Shown here: one piece after another, positions 9,335 to 20,825 of the stretch | How the letters are laid out: the number at the start of each line of letters is the position of its first letter | Position numbering within the stretch: the first letter of the stretch is position 1 | Source: Allosphingosinicella sp. | GTDB lineage: Bacteria; Pseudomonadota; Alphaproteobacteria; Sphingomonadales; Sphingomonadaceae | Assembly (NCBI GenBank): GCA_035714565.1 | Contig: DASTLX010000040.1 | Location: forward strand, 14,306-78,305 | Direction of reading: 5' to 3' | Length of the DNA stretch: 64,000 bases | The notes under the pieces: generated by a model | Told to the model about the DNA's origin: nothing | Seen by the model: only the letters and a program-made list of their open reading frames with translations | Databases searched by the model: none | Program-made: the position numbers and the translations under genes

Positions 9335-11398
9335 TCAAATGGCAAGGCCCGGGTCGCCCTCAAGGACCTTGCGCTCCAGCCGAGGCGCCTCGCCCGCCCG
9401 CCACAACCGGGCGCTGTGGACGACCCGGTAGCGCAAGGGTCCGCCGTCGGGCCGTTCGCTCCGGCTGACGGGCCGCGGGATGCAGACGAATTCGGTGCGC
9501 ATCTCCTCGCCCGAAACCCGCACCTTCGCATAGCCGTGACCGCCCAGATCGACGAATTCGAGGTGCGGCGACAAGGCCGGGTTCGACAGCGACCTTGCCC
9601 GCTCGAGATCGAAGCTCCTGGCATATTCGAGGCAGGAGCGGACGCCGTGCCTGACCAGCATGTTGTACGTCCAGTCGGGCTTCGCGCCGCCGGGCCGATC
9701 GGCGAGGAACAGGGGCCGCAGCTTATGGGCCTTCGGAAAATTGTGCTCGAAGGCCTCCATCGTGCCGGGACTGATCAGCGACGCGCCGACGAAGCTCAGG
9801 CCGACGGGGTCGAACTTGCGCGGCGGCAGCTGCGAGGCCGCATAGCCGGCCCAGAAGGTGTGTCGGTCGCCCGAGACGATGGCGAAGCCGGTGATCTTCG
9901 AATCGCGGACCAGGTCGTAGATTTCGGCGCGCTCCGCATAGGCCGTGCCATAATCGCCCGCGCTCATCAGGGCGTAGGTCGACTTCGGCCAGGTTTCCCT
10001 GGTCAGCCCGGGGGGAAGGTTCTGCGGGTCGCTCCGCGAGTCCAGGGCGCCCTGGGAATTGCCCCAGATCTTCCACGTCGCCTTCGAGCGGCGAAGCCGG
10101 TCCTTGAACCAGGCTTTCTGGTCGGCGCCGAGGATGGTCTGGGGCGGTGAGTCGCGCCGCGGATTGGGGACGCGCGCGTCGTTGAAGGTGACTTCGGCCG
10201 GCGCGTTGCCGCCGTCGTAAGCCCGCCCGCCGTCGAGGATCCGAGCCGCCTCCTCGGGGAACATCCCGGGGAATTCCGGCCCGAATTTCCCAATCTCCGG
10301 GTCGCCGAACGGATCCTCGCTTCGGTAGCTGTGCTGGTCGGTGACGATGAGGTCGAGATGCTTGCCGTAGCGCAGCGCGCGGTAGGCGATCAGGCTGTTG
10401 ATGGCGGCGAGGTTGTTGGGCTCGTCGCCGAGGCCGTTCTCGTCCCAGCTCTCGATCTCGACATCCTCGACCGCGGGCGGATCGAACCGCTCGAGCGAGG
10501 GGCCGCCGGCCTTCCTGGACCGCGACGGCAGATATTCCCACCAGGCCTGATTGGCGGCGACCTTGAGGCTTTGCCCCGGCCGGGGCGGGCCGCCTGCCTG
10601 CTGGATGCTCTGCCGGCCCTGCCAGGAGAATTCGTGATTGTCCCAGATCGCCACGAACGGCCAGCGGGCCCTCGCATCCTGAAGGTCCGGATCGGCGAGA
10701 TAGCCCTTGTAGATGGCGCGGTAGCCGTCGAGGCTGAGCGGATAATGGAACTTGCCGACCTGGCCGCCGTCGGCGATCCGGGCGACCTCGTAAATGGTGC
10801 GGTCGTAACGAGTCTTCTGTTCCTCGGGATACTGGACGACCTCATAGATGAAGTCGCCGAGATGGAGGACGAAGCCGAGCCGCTCGGCGGCGGCCGAGCG
10901 CTCGTCCTCGAAGATCATCCGCCTATAGCCGTTGAGCCTGCCTTCGTTGAGGTCCTGGCAGCTGACGAAAGCGAAGCTCACCGGCCTCGGATCGCCGGCG
11001 GCCGGCGCCGTGATCGTCCGGCCGATGCGGCTGCCATTCCCTTCGGAATCGGCGAAGCGGTACCAATAGGTCCGGGCCGGCTTGAGGCGCCCGACGAGGA
11101 CCCGGCAGGTCCAATCGGAAGCGGCCGACACCGCGGCTGGAGCGCGGGCGACGACCTCGCCGAACGCTTCGTCCTCGGCCACCTCGACGGTCAGGAGATG
11201 GCGCTCCCCCTCGCCGAACGGGCGCCGGGTCCACAGGATGACGCTGTCGGGGGCCGGGTCGCCCGAGGCAACGCCCTGCGGATAAAGGTCGCGCCGCTCC
11301 CGCCATTTCGAGCGCGAGGCGCGGACAGGCCCGGCCCAGGCCAGGGAAGCGCCCATCGCCGCCGCTGCCTCGAGGAACGCGCGGCGGCTGAGCGTCAT
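9335..11398 (-). CDS. phoD: Alkaline phosphatase D family protein with Tat signal
   Basis: SRRAFL Tat motif, GVASGDP, HLGDFIYE, WDNHE, SGDRH. Confidence 0.92.
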   Translation of the reverse strand: MTLSRRAFLEAAAAMGASLAWAGPVRASRSKWRERRDLYPQGVASGDPAPDSVILWTRRPFGEGERHLLTVEVAEDEAFGEVVARAPAAVSAASDWTCRVLVGRLKPARTYWYRFADSEGNGSRIGRTITAPAAGDPRPVSFAFVSCQDLNEGRLNGYRRMIFEDERSAAAERLGFVLHLGDFIYEVVQYPEEQKTRYDRTIYEVARIADGGQVGKFHYPLSLDGYRAIYKGYLADPDLQDARARWPFVAIWDNHEFSWQGRQSIQQAGGPPRPGQSLKVAANQAWWEYLPSRSRKAGGPSLERFDPPAVEDVEIESWDENGLGDEPNNLAAINSLIAYRALRYGKHLDLIVTDQHSYRSEDPFGDPEIGKFGPEFPGMFPEEAARILDGGRAYDGGNAPAEVTFNDARVPNPRRDSPPQTILGADQKAWFKDRLRRSKATWKIWGNSQGALDSRSDPQNLPPGLTRETWPKSTYALMSAGDYGTAYAERAEIYDLVRDSKITGFAIVSGDRHTFWAGYAASQLPPRKFDPVGLSFVGASLISPGTMEAFEHNFPKAHKLRPLFLADRPGGAKPDWTYNMLVRHGVRSCLEYARSFDLERARSLSNPALSPHLEFVDLGGHGYAKVRVSGEEMRTEFVCIPRPVSRSERPDGGPLRYRVVHSARLWRAGEAPRLERKVLEGDPGLAI

Positions 11399-12321
11399 TT
11401 CCCGTCATTCCCGCGAAAGCCCGGGCCCCGGGCGGGCCCGCCGGGGCTTTCCTCCCTCGGGTCCCGGCCTGCGCCGGGCCGAGGGGAGAGATGCTGCCAA
11501 TGCCAGCGCAAATGATCCTCGATGAAGGTCGAGATGAAATAATAGCTGTGGTCGTAGCCCTCCTGCATCCTCAGAGTCAGCGGGATCCCCGCTTTTTCGC
11601 AAGCCATGGTAAGCAGCCCCGGCCGCAATTCCCGTTCCAGGAAGCTGTCGGCCGTGCCCTGGTCGACGAGGATTTCCGGCACCCGGGCGCCGTCCTCGAT
11701 CAGCGCCACCGCATCGTGGCCGCGCCAGGCGGCGCGGTCCGGGCCGAGATAGCGTCCGAGCGCCTTCTCGCCCCACGGCACCTGCGAGGGCGCGACGATC
11801 GGCGCGAAGGCGGAGACGCTCCGGTAGCGGCCCGGGCGGCGAAGGGCGAGGGTGAGGGCGCCGTGCCCGCCCATCGAATGCCCGGTAATGGCCTGGCGGG
11901 CCATGTCGGCCGGAAATTCGGCCGCGATCAGGTCCGGGAGCTCGGCCGTGACATAGCTTTCCATCCGGTAGTGCTCCGCGAACGGCGCCTGCGTCGAGTC
12001 GACGTAGAAGCCGGCGCCCTGGCCGAAATCGTAATCGGGCTCGTCGGGCACCTCGGGTCCGCGCGGGCTCGTGTCCGGGGCGACCAGGATGAGGCCGAGC
12101 TCGGCGCAGACGCGCTGGTACTGGCCCTTTTCGACGACGTTGGCGTGCGTGCAGGTGAGCCCGGAAAGGAACCAGAGAAGGGGAAGGGGGCCGCCGGCCT
12201 CGGCCTGCGGCGGGAGGTAGATTCCGAAGGTCATGTCCGTGCCGGTTTCCCGGCTGGAATGGCGGCAGGCGAGCTGGGTTCCCCCGAAGGAGCGGGCGGA
12301 GGAGATTGTCTCGAGCGTCAT
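11395..12321 (-). CDS. fghA: S-formylglutathione hydrolase with repeat-derived C-terminal tail
   Basis: LSGLTC, GHSMGGHGA, YDHSYYF. Confidence 0.95.
   Translation of the reverse strand: MTLETISSARSFGGTQLACRHSSRETGTDMTFGIYLPPQAEAGGPLPLLWFLSGLTCTHANVVEKGQYQRVCAELGLILVAPDTSPRGPEVPDEPDYDFGQGAGFYVDSTQAPFAEHYRMESYVTAELPDLIAAEFPADMARQAITGHSMGGHGALTLALRRPGRYRSVSAFAPIVAPSQVPWGEKALGRYLGPDRAAWRGHDAVALIEDGARVPEILVDQGTADSFLERELRPGLLTMACEKAGIPLTLRMQEGYDHSYYFISTFIEDHLRWHWQHLSPRPGAGRDPREESPGGPARGPGFRGNDGK
11403..11484. repeat. REP-like doublet, family B, lying inside the fghA reading frame
   Basis: cgtcattcccgcgaaagc ... cccggcctgcgccggg. Confidence 0.7.
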
Positions 12322-12462
12322 CCCTTCCCCCTATTCGGAGTTCGAAGGCGAGGACAAGGCAATCGTCGGCCGACGATGCGACGCTTCGCCGCGCCTAGCC
12401 ACCGATTGCTATTTCCGTGCAAGTAACTGGTGCAACTCTGTTTTTCCGGCTAACCGCCCGGG

Positions 12463-13608
12463 ATGCGAGTATCGGAAGAAGAATTGGAATCGTCTCTGCG
12501 GGAAGCGCAGGAGGCGCTCAGGCAGGGGCGTGCCGCGGAGGCGCGAAGGCGAATCGAGGCGCTGACCGAGTCCGGGGCGGACGGGGAGGCCCCGTGGCTG
12601 CTGCTGGCCGCCGCGCGCGGAGCGGAGCAGAATCTTCAGGGTGAAGAGGCGGCTCTGAACCGGGCCCTCGATGTCGCTCCGCGGTCCGTGCAGGGCCATC
12701 TCATGAAGGGCCATTGCCGGGTCCGGGCGGGGGATCACGATCTGGCCGTCTATTATTACCGGACCGGGCTCGACCTCGCCGAGGGCGTTCAGGCCTCGCC
12801 GGAGGTGACCGGGGAGATCGCGCGGGCGCGCGAAGCGCTCGCCCGGCTTGAGGCGCGCGCTCACTCGGCGCGCGAGGCGACGCTGACGGCGCGGGGCCTT
12901 GCCCCGCCGAAGTGGAGCCCTCGCATGCGCCACTCGCTCGAGCTGGCGGCGGGGCAGCGGAAGCGCTTCGTCCAGCAGCCGACGGCCTTTTATTATCCGG
13001 AGTTGCCGCAAATCCAGTTCTTCGATCCAGGCCAATTCAGCTGGGCGGCGGGAGTCGAGGCCGCCGCCGGTTCGATCCGCGCGGAGCTGACGAAGCTGCT
13101 GGAGACGGATGCCGAGGAGTTCCGCCCCTACATCCAGTCGGACAACAACTCGGTTCCGCTGCGAGGCAACAAAACGCTGCTCAACAGCCGGGACTGGAGC
13201 GTGCTCAGCCTGTGCGAGCGCGGCTGGCTCGCCCCGGACCTCATCGAACGGTGCCCGCGGACGTGGGAAACGGTCCTCGGCACTTCACTGCCGCGAATCG
13301 CCGGCTGGGGGCCGACGGTGGTCTTCTCGATGCTCAAGGCCGGGGCGCACATCGCCCCGCATACGGGCATGTTCAACACCAGGCTGATCTGCCACCTGCC
13401 GCTGATCGTTCCGCCCGGCTGCCGCTTCCGGGTCGGCAACGAGGTTCGCGAGTGGGAAGAGGGCAAGCTCATGATCTTCGACGACACGATCGAGCATGAG
13501 GCCTGGAACGACAGCGCGGAGGACCGGGTCGTCCTGATCTTCGACATCTGGCGCCCGGAGCTGACCGATCAGGAAAAGTATGAGCTTGCCGCCCTCTTCT
13601 CCGACTGA
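12463..13608 (+). CDS. Aspartyl/asparaginyl beta-hydroxylase-domain protein with N-terminal TPR-like helices
   Basis: HIAPHTG, HLPLIVP, FDDTIEHEAWN. Confidence 0.88.
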   Translation: MRVSEEELESSLREAQEALRQGRAAEARRRIEALTESGADGEAPWLLLAAARGAEQNLQGEEAALNRALDVAPRSVQGHLMKGHCRVRAGDHDLAVYYYRTGLDLAEGVQASPEVTGEIARAREALARLEARAHSAREATLTARGLAPPKWSPRMRHSLELAAGQRKRFVQQPTAFYYPELPQIQFFDPGQFSWAAGVEAAAGSIRAELTKLLETDAEEFRPYIQSDNNSVPLRGNKTLLNSRDWSVLSLCERGWLAPDLIERCPRTWETVLGTSLPRIAGWGPTVVFSMLKAGAHIAPHTGMFNTRLICHLPLIVPPGCRFRVGNEVREWEEGKLMIFDDTIEHEAWNDSAEDRVVLIFDIWRPELTDQEKYELAALFSD

Positions 13609-13623
13609 GGGCGAGGCCGACCG

Positions 13624-13709
13624 CCCCGTCATCCCGGCGAAAGCCGGGACCTCAGGACGAGAAGTCTGGCGGGTCTCCCCGAGGCCCCGGCTTTCGCCGG
13701 GGTGACGGG
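13624..13709. repeat. REP-like doublet, family B, between convergent genes
   Basis: ccccgtcatcccggcgaaagccggga ... ccccggctttcgccggggtgacgg. Confidence 0.85.
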
Positions 13710-13712
13710 CAG

Positions 13713-14825
<1,113 letters not shown>

Positions 14826-14857
14826 CCTGGATCCTCTAAGCGGTTCCGGGCCGCCTT

Positions 14858-15020
14858 ATCCCCCCCGTCGCCGGATGGGGAGGGGGGCCACATGAAATGT
14901 GGTGGAGTGGTGGACGGCGCAGGCCGCTGCCGTTCGCGCTCGATCCCCGGATTTTTTCGGCTGCTATCCCTCCACCATGCTTCGCATGGTCCCCCTCCCC
15001 ATGCTTCGCACGGGGAGGAT
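14858..15020. repeat. Palindromic repeat, family A
   Basis: ggggaggggg...ccctccacc...ggtccccctcccc...ggggaggat. Confidence 0.8.
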
Positions 15021-16600
15021 CATCCGCGCCGCCACTTCCCACGGTCGGCGAGGATCGCCTTCGCCGCATTGTGGCCGGGAGCGCCGGTCACGCCTCCCCC
15101 CGGATGGGCGCCGGAGCCGCACAGATAGAGCCCGGGAAGCGGCATCCGGTAATCGGCGTGGCCGAGCATCGGGCGGGCCGAGAAGAGCTGGTCGAGGCCC
15201 ATCTTGCCGTGGAAGATGTCGCCCCGGGGAACGCCGAAGCGCTGCTCGAGATGCCAGGGCGACAAAGCGAGGCGGCCGACCACCGAAGCTTTGAAACCCG
15301 GCGCGTAGCGGTCGACATGATCGATGATGCGGTCCGCCGCCTCGTCGACCCGCGCTTCCCAGCCGCCCTCCACCTCGTAGGGGAAATGCTGGCAGAAGAG
15401 GCTGGCGACGTGCCCGCCCGGCGGCGCCAGGCTGTCGTCGAGGGTTGAGGGGATCAGCATCTCGACGATCGGCTCGCTCGCCCAGCTCCCGGTCCGGGCG
15501 CTCGTGTAGGCGCGGTCCATGTAGCCGAGCGAGGGGGCGATGATGATCCCGGCGGTGAGGTGGTCGCCCGCCTCCGGGAGGCTGGCGAAGCGGGGAAGCT
15601 GCGACAGAGCGACGTTCATCCGGAAGGTCGCCGATTCCGCGGCCCAGCCGGCCATCCTGCGCGAGATTTCCGGGGCGACCGCGCCGCCGGGAAGCAGCTT
15701 TCCGAAGAGGAAGCGGGGGTTGACGTTCGCCGCCACCGCCTTCGCCCGCCATGCCCTGCCGCCGGCGACGGCGCCGACGGCCCGGCCGCGCTCGACGATG
15801 ATCTCCTCCACCGGGGAATCGAGCACGATCTCGACCCCCTTCGAGCGCGCGGACTTCGCCATCGCCTGGGTGATCGCGCCCATTCCGCCGATCGCGTGAC
15901 CCCAGGCCCCGGCCACCCCCGCCGCTTCCCCGAAGAGATGATGGAGGAGGACGTAGGCCGAGCCTGGATCGTAGGGGCTGGCATAATTGCCGACGACGGC
16001 GTCGAAGCCGAACAGCGCCTGGACGATATCGGTGCTGAAATAGCGGTCGAGTATGTCGGCGGCGGACTTGGTGAAGAAGTCGAGCAGGTTGCGCCTCTCC
16101 TCGGCGGTCATGCCGCGCACGGCGTTGCCGAGCTTGAGCGCGGCGAGCACGTCGGCGAGCCCGCCGCCGGCATTGGGCGGGGCGCGCAGGATCCAGTCGC
16201 GAAGGATGGCGACCACCGAGCCGAGGTCGGCGGAATAGGAATCATAGCCTTCGGCGTCCTTCGCCGAGTGGCGCGCGATCTCGCGGCGGGTGAGGCCGCC
16301 GCGGCCCGACAGCAGGTGGTCGGGGCCGAGCGTCGGGAGGAAGTTGTCGACCTTCCTGAGCACGACCTCGAGGCCGTGCCGGTAGAGCCGCATGTCCTCG
16401 ATCACCCTGGGGTTGAGCAGGCTGACCGTGTAGGCGGCGGTCGAGTTGCGGAAGCCGGGATGGAATTCCTCGGTCACCGCGGCCCCGCCGACCACGTGCC
16501 GCCGCTCCAGGATCGTGACCTTCAGCCCCTTCGCGGCGAGGTAGTAAGCGCAGACGAGGCCGTTATGGCCCGCGCCGATGATGAGGACGTCGGAAGTCAT
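15020..16600 (-). CDS. Phytoene desaturase-family FAD/NAD(P) oxidoreductase
   Basis: GAGHNGL Rossmann motif, GSGAHPGGGVTGAPG. Confidence 0.9.
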   Translation of the reverse strand: MTSDVLIIGAGHNGLVCAYYLAAKGLKVTILERRHVVGGAAVTEEFHPGFRNSTAAYTVSLLNPRVIEDMRLYRHGLEVVLRKVDNFLPTLGPDHLLSGRGGLTRREIARHSAKDAEGYDSYSADLGSVVAILRDWILRAPPNAGGGLADVLAALKLGNAVRGMTAEERRNLLDFFTKSAADILDRYFSTDIVQALFGFDAVVGNYASPYDPGSAYVLLHHLFGEAAGVAGAWGHAIGGMGAITQAMAKSARSKGVEIVLDSPVEEIIVERGRAVGAVAGGRAWRAKAVAANVNPRFLFGKLLPGGAVAPEISRRMAGWAAESATFRMNVALSQLPRFASLPEAGDHLTAGIIIAPSLGYMDRAYTSARTGSWASEPIVEMLIPSTLDDSLAPPGGHVASLFCQHFPYEVEGGWEARVDEAADRIIDHVDRYAPGFKASVVGRLALSPWHLEQRFGVPRGDIFHGKMGLDQLFSARPMLGHADYRMPLPGLYLCGSGAHPGGGVTGAPGHNAAKAILADRGKWRRG

Positions 16601-16632
16601 GGCCGCGGCCTACAGCAGGGACGGGGCCTAGC

Positions 16633-16765
16633 AAATCCTCCCCTGCATTCGCAGGGGAGGGGGACCGCGCGAAGCGCGGTGGAGGGGTTCTTCGGAGCTC
16701 CGGCAAAGAACCCCTCCACCAGGCTTCGCCTGGTCCCCCTCTCCGGCAAATGCCGGGGAGGATTT
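16633..16765. repeat. Palindromic repeat, family A
   Basis: Closely resembles 958-1087 in inverted orientation. Confidence 0.85.
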
Positions 16766-16773
16766 TATGTCTG

Positions 16774-17253
16774 TCACCCGGCCAGCTGCCCGAGCGGCAG
16801 CGCCAGGCTCGCCTTCAGCCGGCGCTTGACGAAGCTGGTCTCGTAGCGGCGGACGGCGCGCTGGCCGGCAAGCATGTCGTCGGTGAACAGGTTGAACGCC
16901 TCCATGTCGGCGACGACGACGAGCAGGAGGATGTCGAACGCGCCCGAAATCTCGAGGCAGAACTGCACGTTATCGGAAGCCGCGAGGAGGCGCTTGAAGC
17001 TCGCCACCTCGCCGAGGGCGTGCCGCTCGAGCTGGACGTGGATGACCGCCGAGAGGGGATGCCCGACGGCCGGCTCGGCGATGACGGCGACGTCGGCGGC
17101 GATCGTCCGCGAGGCCCTGAGCTGGCGAAGCCGGCGCGCCACCGCGGAGGGCGACAGGCCGATCCGTTCGGCGAGGACCTCGGCGGTGAGCTGGTTGTCG
17201 GACTGGACGCAGGCGAGCAGCTTGAGGTCGAGAGGGTCCAGCTTCTTGTCCAT
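16774..17253 (-). CDS. Lrp/AsnC family transcriptional regulator
   Basis: LDPLDLKLL...LAERIGLSPSAVARRL HTH and ISGAFD. Confidence 0.9.
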   Translation of the reverse strand: MDKKLDPLDLKLLACVQSDNQLTAEVLAERIGLSPSAVARRLRQLRASRTIAADVAVIAEPAVGHPLSAVIHVQLERHALGEVASFKRLLAASDNVQFCLEISGAFDILLLVVVADMEAFNLFTDDMLAGQRAVRRYETSFVKRRLKASLALPLGQLAG

Positions 17254-17378
17254 ACAGGCGCTCCCGGCGGCTTGGACGCCACAAACTGGCGCTCCTCGAC
17301 CTATGTTTGCCTGAAATTGCCGCCGGACCAAGCGATAACATTCGCAAGGGATGTCTGGCTTTGCCGTGGGAGAAGATC

Positions 17379-18719
17379 ATGAAGAGAAACAGCGGGATAG
17401 GACTGATCGTCGCCGGCCTGGCGATGTCGCCCGGCCTGGCCGGCGCCCAGCCCGCGGCGGCTCCGGCCGCGGTGGCTCCGGCCGACGGGCGTGCGGTCGT
17501 CGCCGAGATGAGGCGGCTGCTCGCCGTCAATTACGTGCTTCCGGAGGTCCGCCCGAAGCTCGACGCGGCGCTCGCCAGGGGGCTGGCGGAGAGCCGCTAC
17601 GACGTCTCGGATCCGGGCGTGCTTCTCGACCGGGTCAACGCCGACCTCGCCGCGGTCGCCCACGACAAGCATCTCAGCCTCGAATATAATCCCCGTCAGT
17701 CGAGCGACCTCGCGGCGGCCCTCGCCGCCCAGCCCGCGGGCCAGCCGGACGAAGACCAGCCCTCGCCCGAGCAGATCCGCCAGGCGCAGCGCCGAAACCA
17801 CGGCTTCACCGAGATGAAGGTGCTGCCCGGGAACGTCCGCTACGTGAACATGCAGGGCTTCGTCTGGGTCGGCCCGAAGAGCGCCGAGGCCTACGACAAT
17901 GTCATGCGCTTCCTCAGGGACGGCGACGCCGTCATCATCGACCTTCGCCAGAATGGCGGCGGCAGCCCCGAGTCGGTGCAATATCTGGTCAGCCACTTCA
18001 TGGAGCCCAACCGGCCGCTGATGACCTTCCACATGGCCGGCAACCAGATCGACCGGACCTCGACCCTGGCCAGCCTTCCGGCCGGCCGCATGGTCGGCAA
18101 GCCGCTCTACGTCCTGACCAGCGGGCGAAGCGCGAGCGCGGCCGAGGAGTTTACCGGGCACGTCGCGGGCTACAAGCTGGGCGAGCTGATCGGAGCGACC
18201 ACCGCCGGGGCCGGCTTCCGCAACCAGTTCTTCCCGCTTCCGGGCGGCTATCTGGTCAGCATCTCGGTCGGACGCGCCGTCCTCGCTTCGACGGGCAAGG
18301 ACTGGGAAGGGGTAGGAATCGCCCCGACCACCGCCACCGATCCGGAAAAGGCGCTGCTGGTCGCCCAGGTCCACGCCCTTCGCCGGCTCGCCTCGACCGC
18401 TCCGGAGCGCGAGAAAGCCAATTACGAGGCGACCGCGGCCCTGCTCGCGGCGCAGGTCGACCCCGTCGCCACCGCCCTGCCGCTGGCCGCCTACGCCGGA
18501 ACCTTCGGCGAGCGGAAGGTGTGGGTGGAGGACGGCCGGCTCGCCTTCCAGCGCGCGGGCGGGCCGAAGCTGGCCCTCGTCCCGATCGGGCCCAACCTCT
18601 TCGCCTTCGAGAACGACGCGACGACGAGGGTGGAATATAAGGTAGCCGGCAACGCCGCCACCGGCTTCGACCTGCTTCGCGGCGACGGAAGCAAGGTCGA
18701 GGCCTCGAGGACTCCGTAA
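17379..18719 (+). CDS. Secreted S41 family peptidase
   Basis: Signal peptide, IIDLRQNGGG, SASAAEEF, WEGVGIAP. Confidence 0.9.
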   Translation: MKRNSGIGLIVAGLAMSPGLAGAQPAAAPAAVAPADGRAVVAEMRRLLAVNYVLPEVRPKLDAALARGLAESRYDVSDPGVLLDRVNADLAAVAHDKHLSLEYNPRQSSDLAAALAAQPAGQPDEDQPSPEQIRQAQRRNHGFTEMKVLPGNVRYVNMQGFVWVGPKSAEAYDNVMRFLRDGDAVIIDLRQNGGGSPESVQYLVSHFMEPNRPLMTFHMAGNQIDRTSTLASLPAGRMVGKPLYVLTSGRSASAAEEFTGHVAGYKLGELIGATTAGAGFRNQFFPLPGGYLVSISVGRAVLASTGKDWEGVGIAPTTATDPEKALLVAQVHALRRLASTAPEREKANYEATAALLAAQVDPVATALPLAAYAGTFGERKVWVEDGRLAFQRAGGPKLALVPIGPNLFAFENDATTRVEYKVAGNAATGFDLLRGDGSKVEASRTP

Positions 18720-18752
18720 GGGAACGCCGCCCGCGAAAGCGCGGGGCGGATC

Positions 18753-19406
18753 TCAGGCGGCAGGCCGCTCTCCCAGCGTCTTGCAGAGCCAGGCGTTCAC
18801 GGCGAAGCGATAATCCTCGAAGGCGCAGTCGGGGCAGCTCACCAGCCGGACCTCGTGGCGGACCCAGGAGGGGAAGACGACGAGGCTGTTCTGGAGCGGC
18901 TCGAACTCCACAAAGTCGCCCTGCGCGCTGTGGTCGCCGAGACGGTAGAGCCGTAGCGTTCCGCCCGAAAAGCGCCTCGGCTCGCGATGGAAATAATAGA
19001 CGGCGCTGACCAGCCGGTCCTGAGTGCCGGTCTTGTCGCCGCCGAGCGGCTTTCGGCCCCGGCCGACCGGCATGTCGCTGTGATGGGCGAAGAAGGCGCC
19101 GTCGCCATGGGCGGCGATCTCAAGCTCGAAATATTCGATGTCGAAGGGCCTGGTGCCGGTTCGGCGGAAGATGTCGGCGAGATTTTCGCCGAGCCGCCGC
19201 TCGATCACCGCCCGGTGGGGCCCGAGGTCGTTGAGCCGCTCGGCGACCCGGCGCTTGGGGTCGATGATGTGGCCGGTGAGCCGGGCCGGCTCGAAGCGCC
19301 CGCGATTCGCCAGCGACCATTCGAGCAGGGCGTCGTGATCGGCCTCGTCGAGGAAGTCGAGATACTGGTGACAGGGCGGGAGCGGGCGCGGAGGCAGGGT
19401 CGCCAT
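18753..19406 (-). CDS. 2OG-Fe(II) oxygenase (prolyl-hydroxylase-like)
   Basis: HSD...HEV...R facial triad and 2OG-binding Arg. Confidence 0.88.
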   Translation of the reverse strand: MATLPPRPLPPCHQYLDFLDEADHDALLEWSLANRGRFEPARLTGHIIDPKRRVAERLNDLGPHRAVIERRLGENLADIFRRTGTRPFDIEYFELEIAAHGDGAFFAHHSDMPVGRGRKPLGGDKTGTQDRLVSAVYYFHREPRRFSGGTLRLYRLGDHSAQGDFVEFEPLQNSLVVFPSWVRHEVRLVSCPDCAFEDYRFAVNAWLCKTLGERPAA

Positions 19407-19409
19407 CGC

Positions 19410-20705
19410 TCAGCGGTCCGGCCGGGCCTTGGGGAAGCCCCCCCAGGCCCGGTCGTAATCGCCCTGGAGGCCGCCTTCGCCCGACATGGCGAAGCGGGTC
19501 GGCCGGAAGGGCCAGCAGCTTTCGACCATGAAGGCCAGGCTGTCCTCGATCTTGTGGGGCCCAAGCTCCGCTTCGGACGCGGCCTTCCAGCTCGCCACGT
19601 CGGGCCCATGGCCGGACATGAGGTTGTGGAGGCTGAGGCCGCCGGGCGCGAAGCCCTCCGCCTTGGCGTCGTAGGCGCCCCTGATCAGCCCCATGCACTC
19701 GCTCATCACGTTGCGGTGGAACCAGGGCGGCCGGAACGTGTCCTCGGCGACCATCCAGCGCGGCGGGAAGACGACGAAATCGGCATTGGCCCGGCCCGGC
19801 GTCTCCGACGGGCTGGTGAGGACGGTGAAGATGCTCGGGTCGGGATGGTCGAAGCTCACCGTCCCGATCGTGTTGAAGCGCGCGAGGTCGTATTTCCAGG
19901 GCGCGAGATTGCCGTGCCAGGCGACGACGTCGAGCGGGCTATGGTCGAGGGTCGTCGTCCACAGGCGGCCGAGATATTTCTGGACGAGCTCCACCTCGCC
20001 TTCGGAATCCTCATAGCGGGCGACCGGGGCGAGGAAGTCGCGCGCATTGGCGAGGCCGTTCGAGCCGATCGGCCCGAGCTCCGGGAGCCGGAACAGGGCG
20101 CCGTGATTTTCGGCGACATAGCCGCGGGCGCTCCCGTCCGGGAGCCGGGCGCGGAACCGGACTCCGCGGGGAATCAGAGCGATCTCCCCGGGGCCGACCT
20201 CGATCCGGCCGAGCTCGGTCAGCAGCTCGAGCCGGCCCCGCTCCGGGACGAAGAGAAGCTCCCCGTCCGAATCGAAGAAGGCCCGGCGCTCCATGTCGGC
20301 GGTGGCCCGGTAGACGTGGACGGCGACCCCGGAGAGCGCCTCCGGCCCGCCATTGGCCATCATCGTCGCCATCCCGTCGATCAGGTCGACACCTTCGCCC
20401 CCGATCGGGAGCGGATCCCAGCGCAGGCGGTTGGGCGGCAGCGGATCGTGGAGGTCGGCGGCGGTGAAGAGCGCGGCGCCCTCATAGCTGCGGTAGGGCG
20501 GATGCTCGGCGCTGGGGCGCAGGCGGTAGAGCCAGGAGCGACGGTTCTCGTGGCGCGGCGCGGTGAAGGCGGTGCCGGAGAGCTGCTCGGCGTACAGACC
20601 GAAGGCGGGCTTCTGGGGAGAGTTGCGGCCCTCCGGCAGGGCGCCCGCCACCGCCTCGGTGGCGAAATGGTTGCCGAAGCCGCACATATAATTCTCAGAG
20701 GCCAT
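19410..20705 (-). CDS. hmgA: Homogentisate 1,2-dioxygenase
   Basis: [27 protein letters not shown]. Confidence 0.96.
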   Translation of the reverse strand: MASENYMCGFGNHFATEAVAGALPEGRNSPQKPAFGLYAEQLSGTAFTAPRHENRRSWLYRLRPSAEHPPYRSYEGAALFTAADLHDPLPPNRLRWDPLPIGGEGVDLIDGMATMMANGGPEALSGVAVHVYRATADMERRAFFDSDGELLFVPERGRLELLTELGRIEVGPGEIALIPRGVRFRARLPDGSARGYVAENHGALFRLPELGPIGSNGLANARDFLAPVARYEDSEGEVELVQKYLGRLWTTTLDHSPLDVVAWHGNLAPWKYDLARFNTIGTVSFDHPDPSIFTVLTSPSETPGRANADFVVFPPRWMVAEDTFRPPWFHRNVMSECMGLIRGAYDAKAEGFAPGGLSLHNLMSGHGPDVASWKAASEAELGPHKIEDSLAFMVESCWPFRPTRFAMSGEGGLQGDYDRAWGGFPKARPDR

Positions 20706-20717
20706 GCGCACCCCAAT

Positions 20718-20800
20718 ACCGTTCGGGCTGAGCTTGTCGAAGCCCTTCACTTCACCCTTAGAAGAAACGAAAGCCCTTCGACAGGCTCAGGGCGAACGGT
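20718..20800. repeat. REP-like doublet, family C
   Basis: accgttcgggctgagcttgtcgaag ... cttcgacaggctcagggcgaacggt inverted arms. Confidence 0.8.
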
Positions 20801-20825
20801 GGGAGGTCTCCAACGTCCCAGCCCC

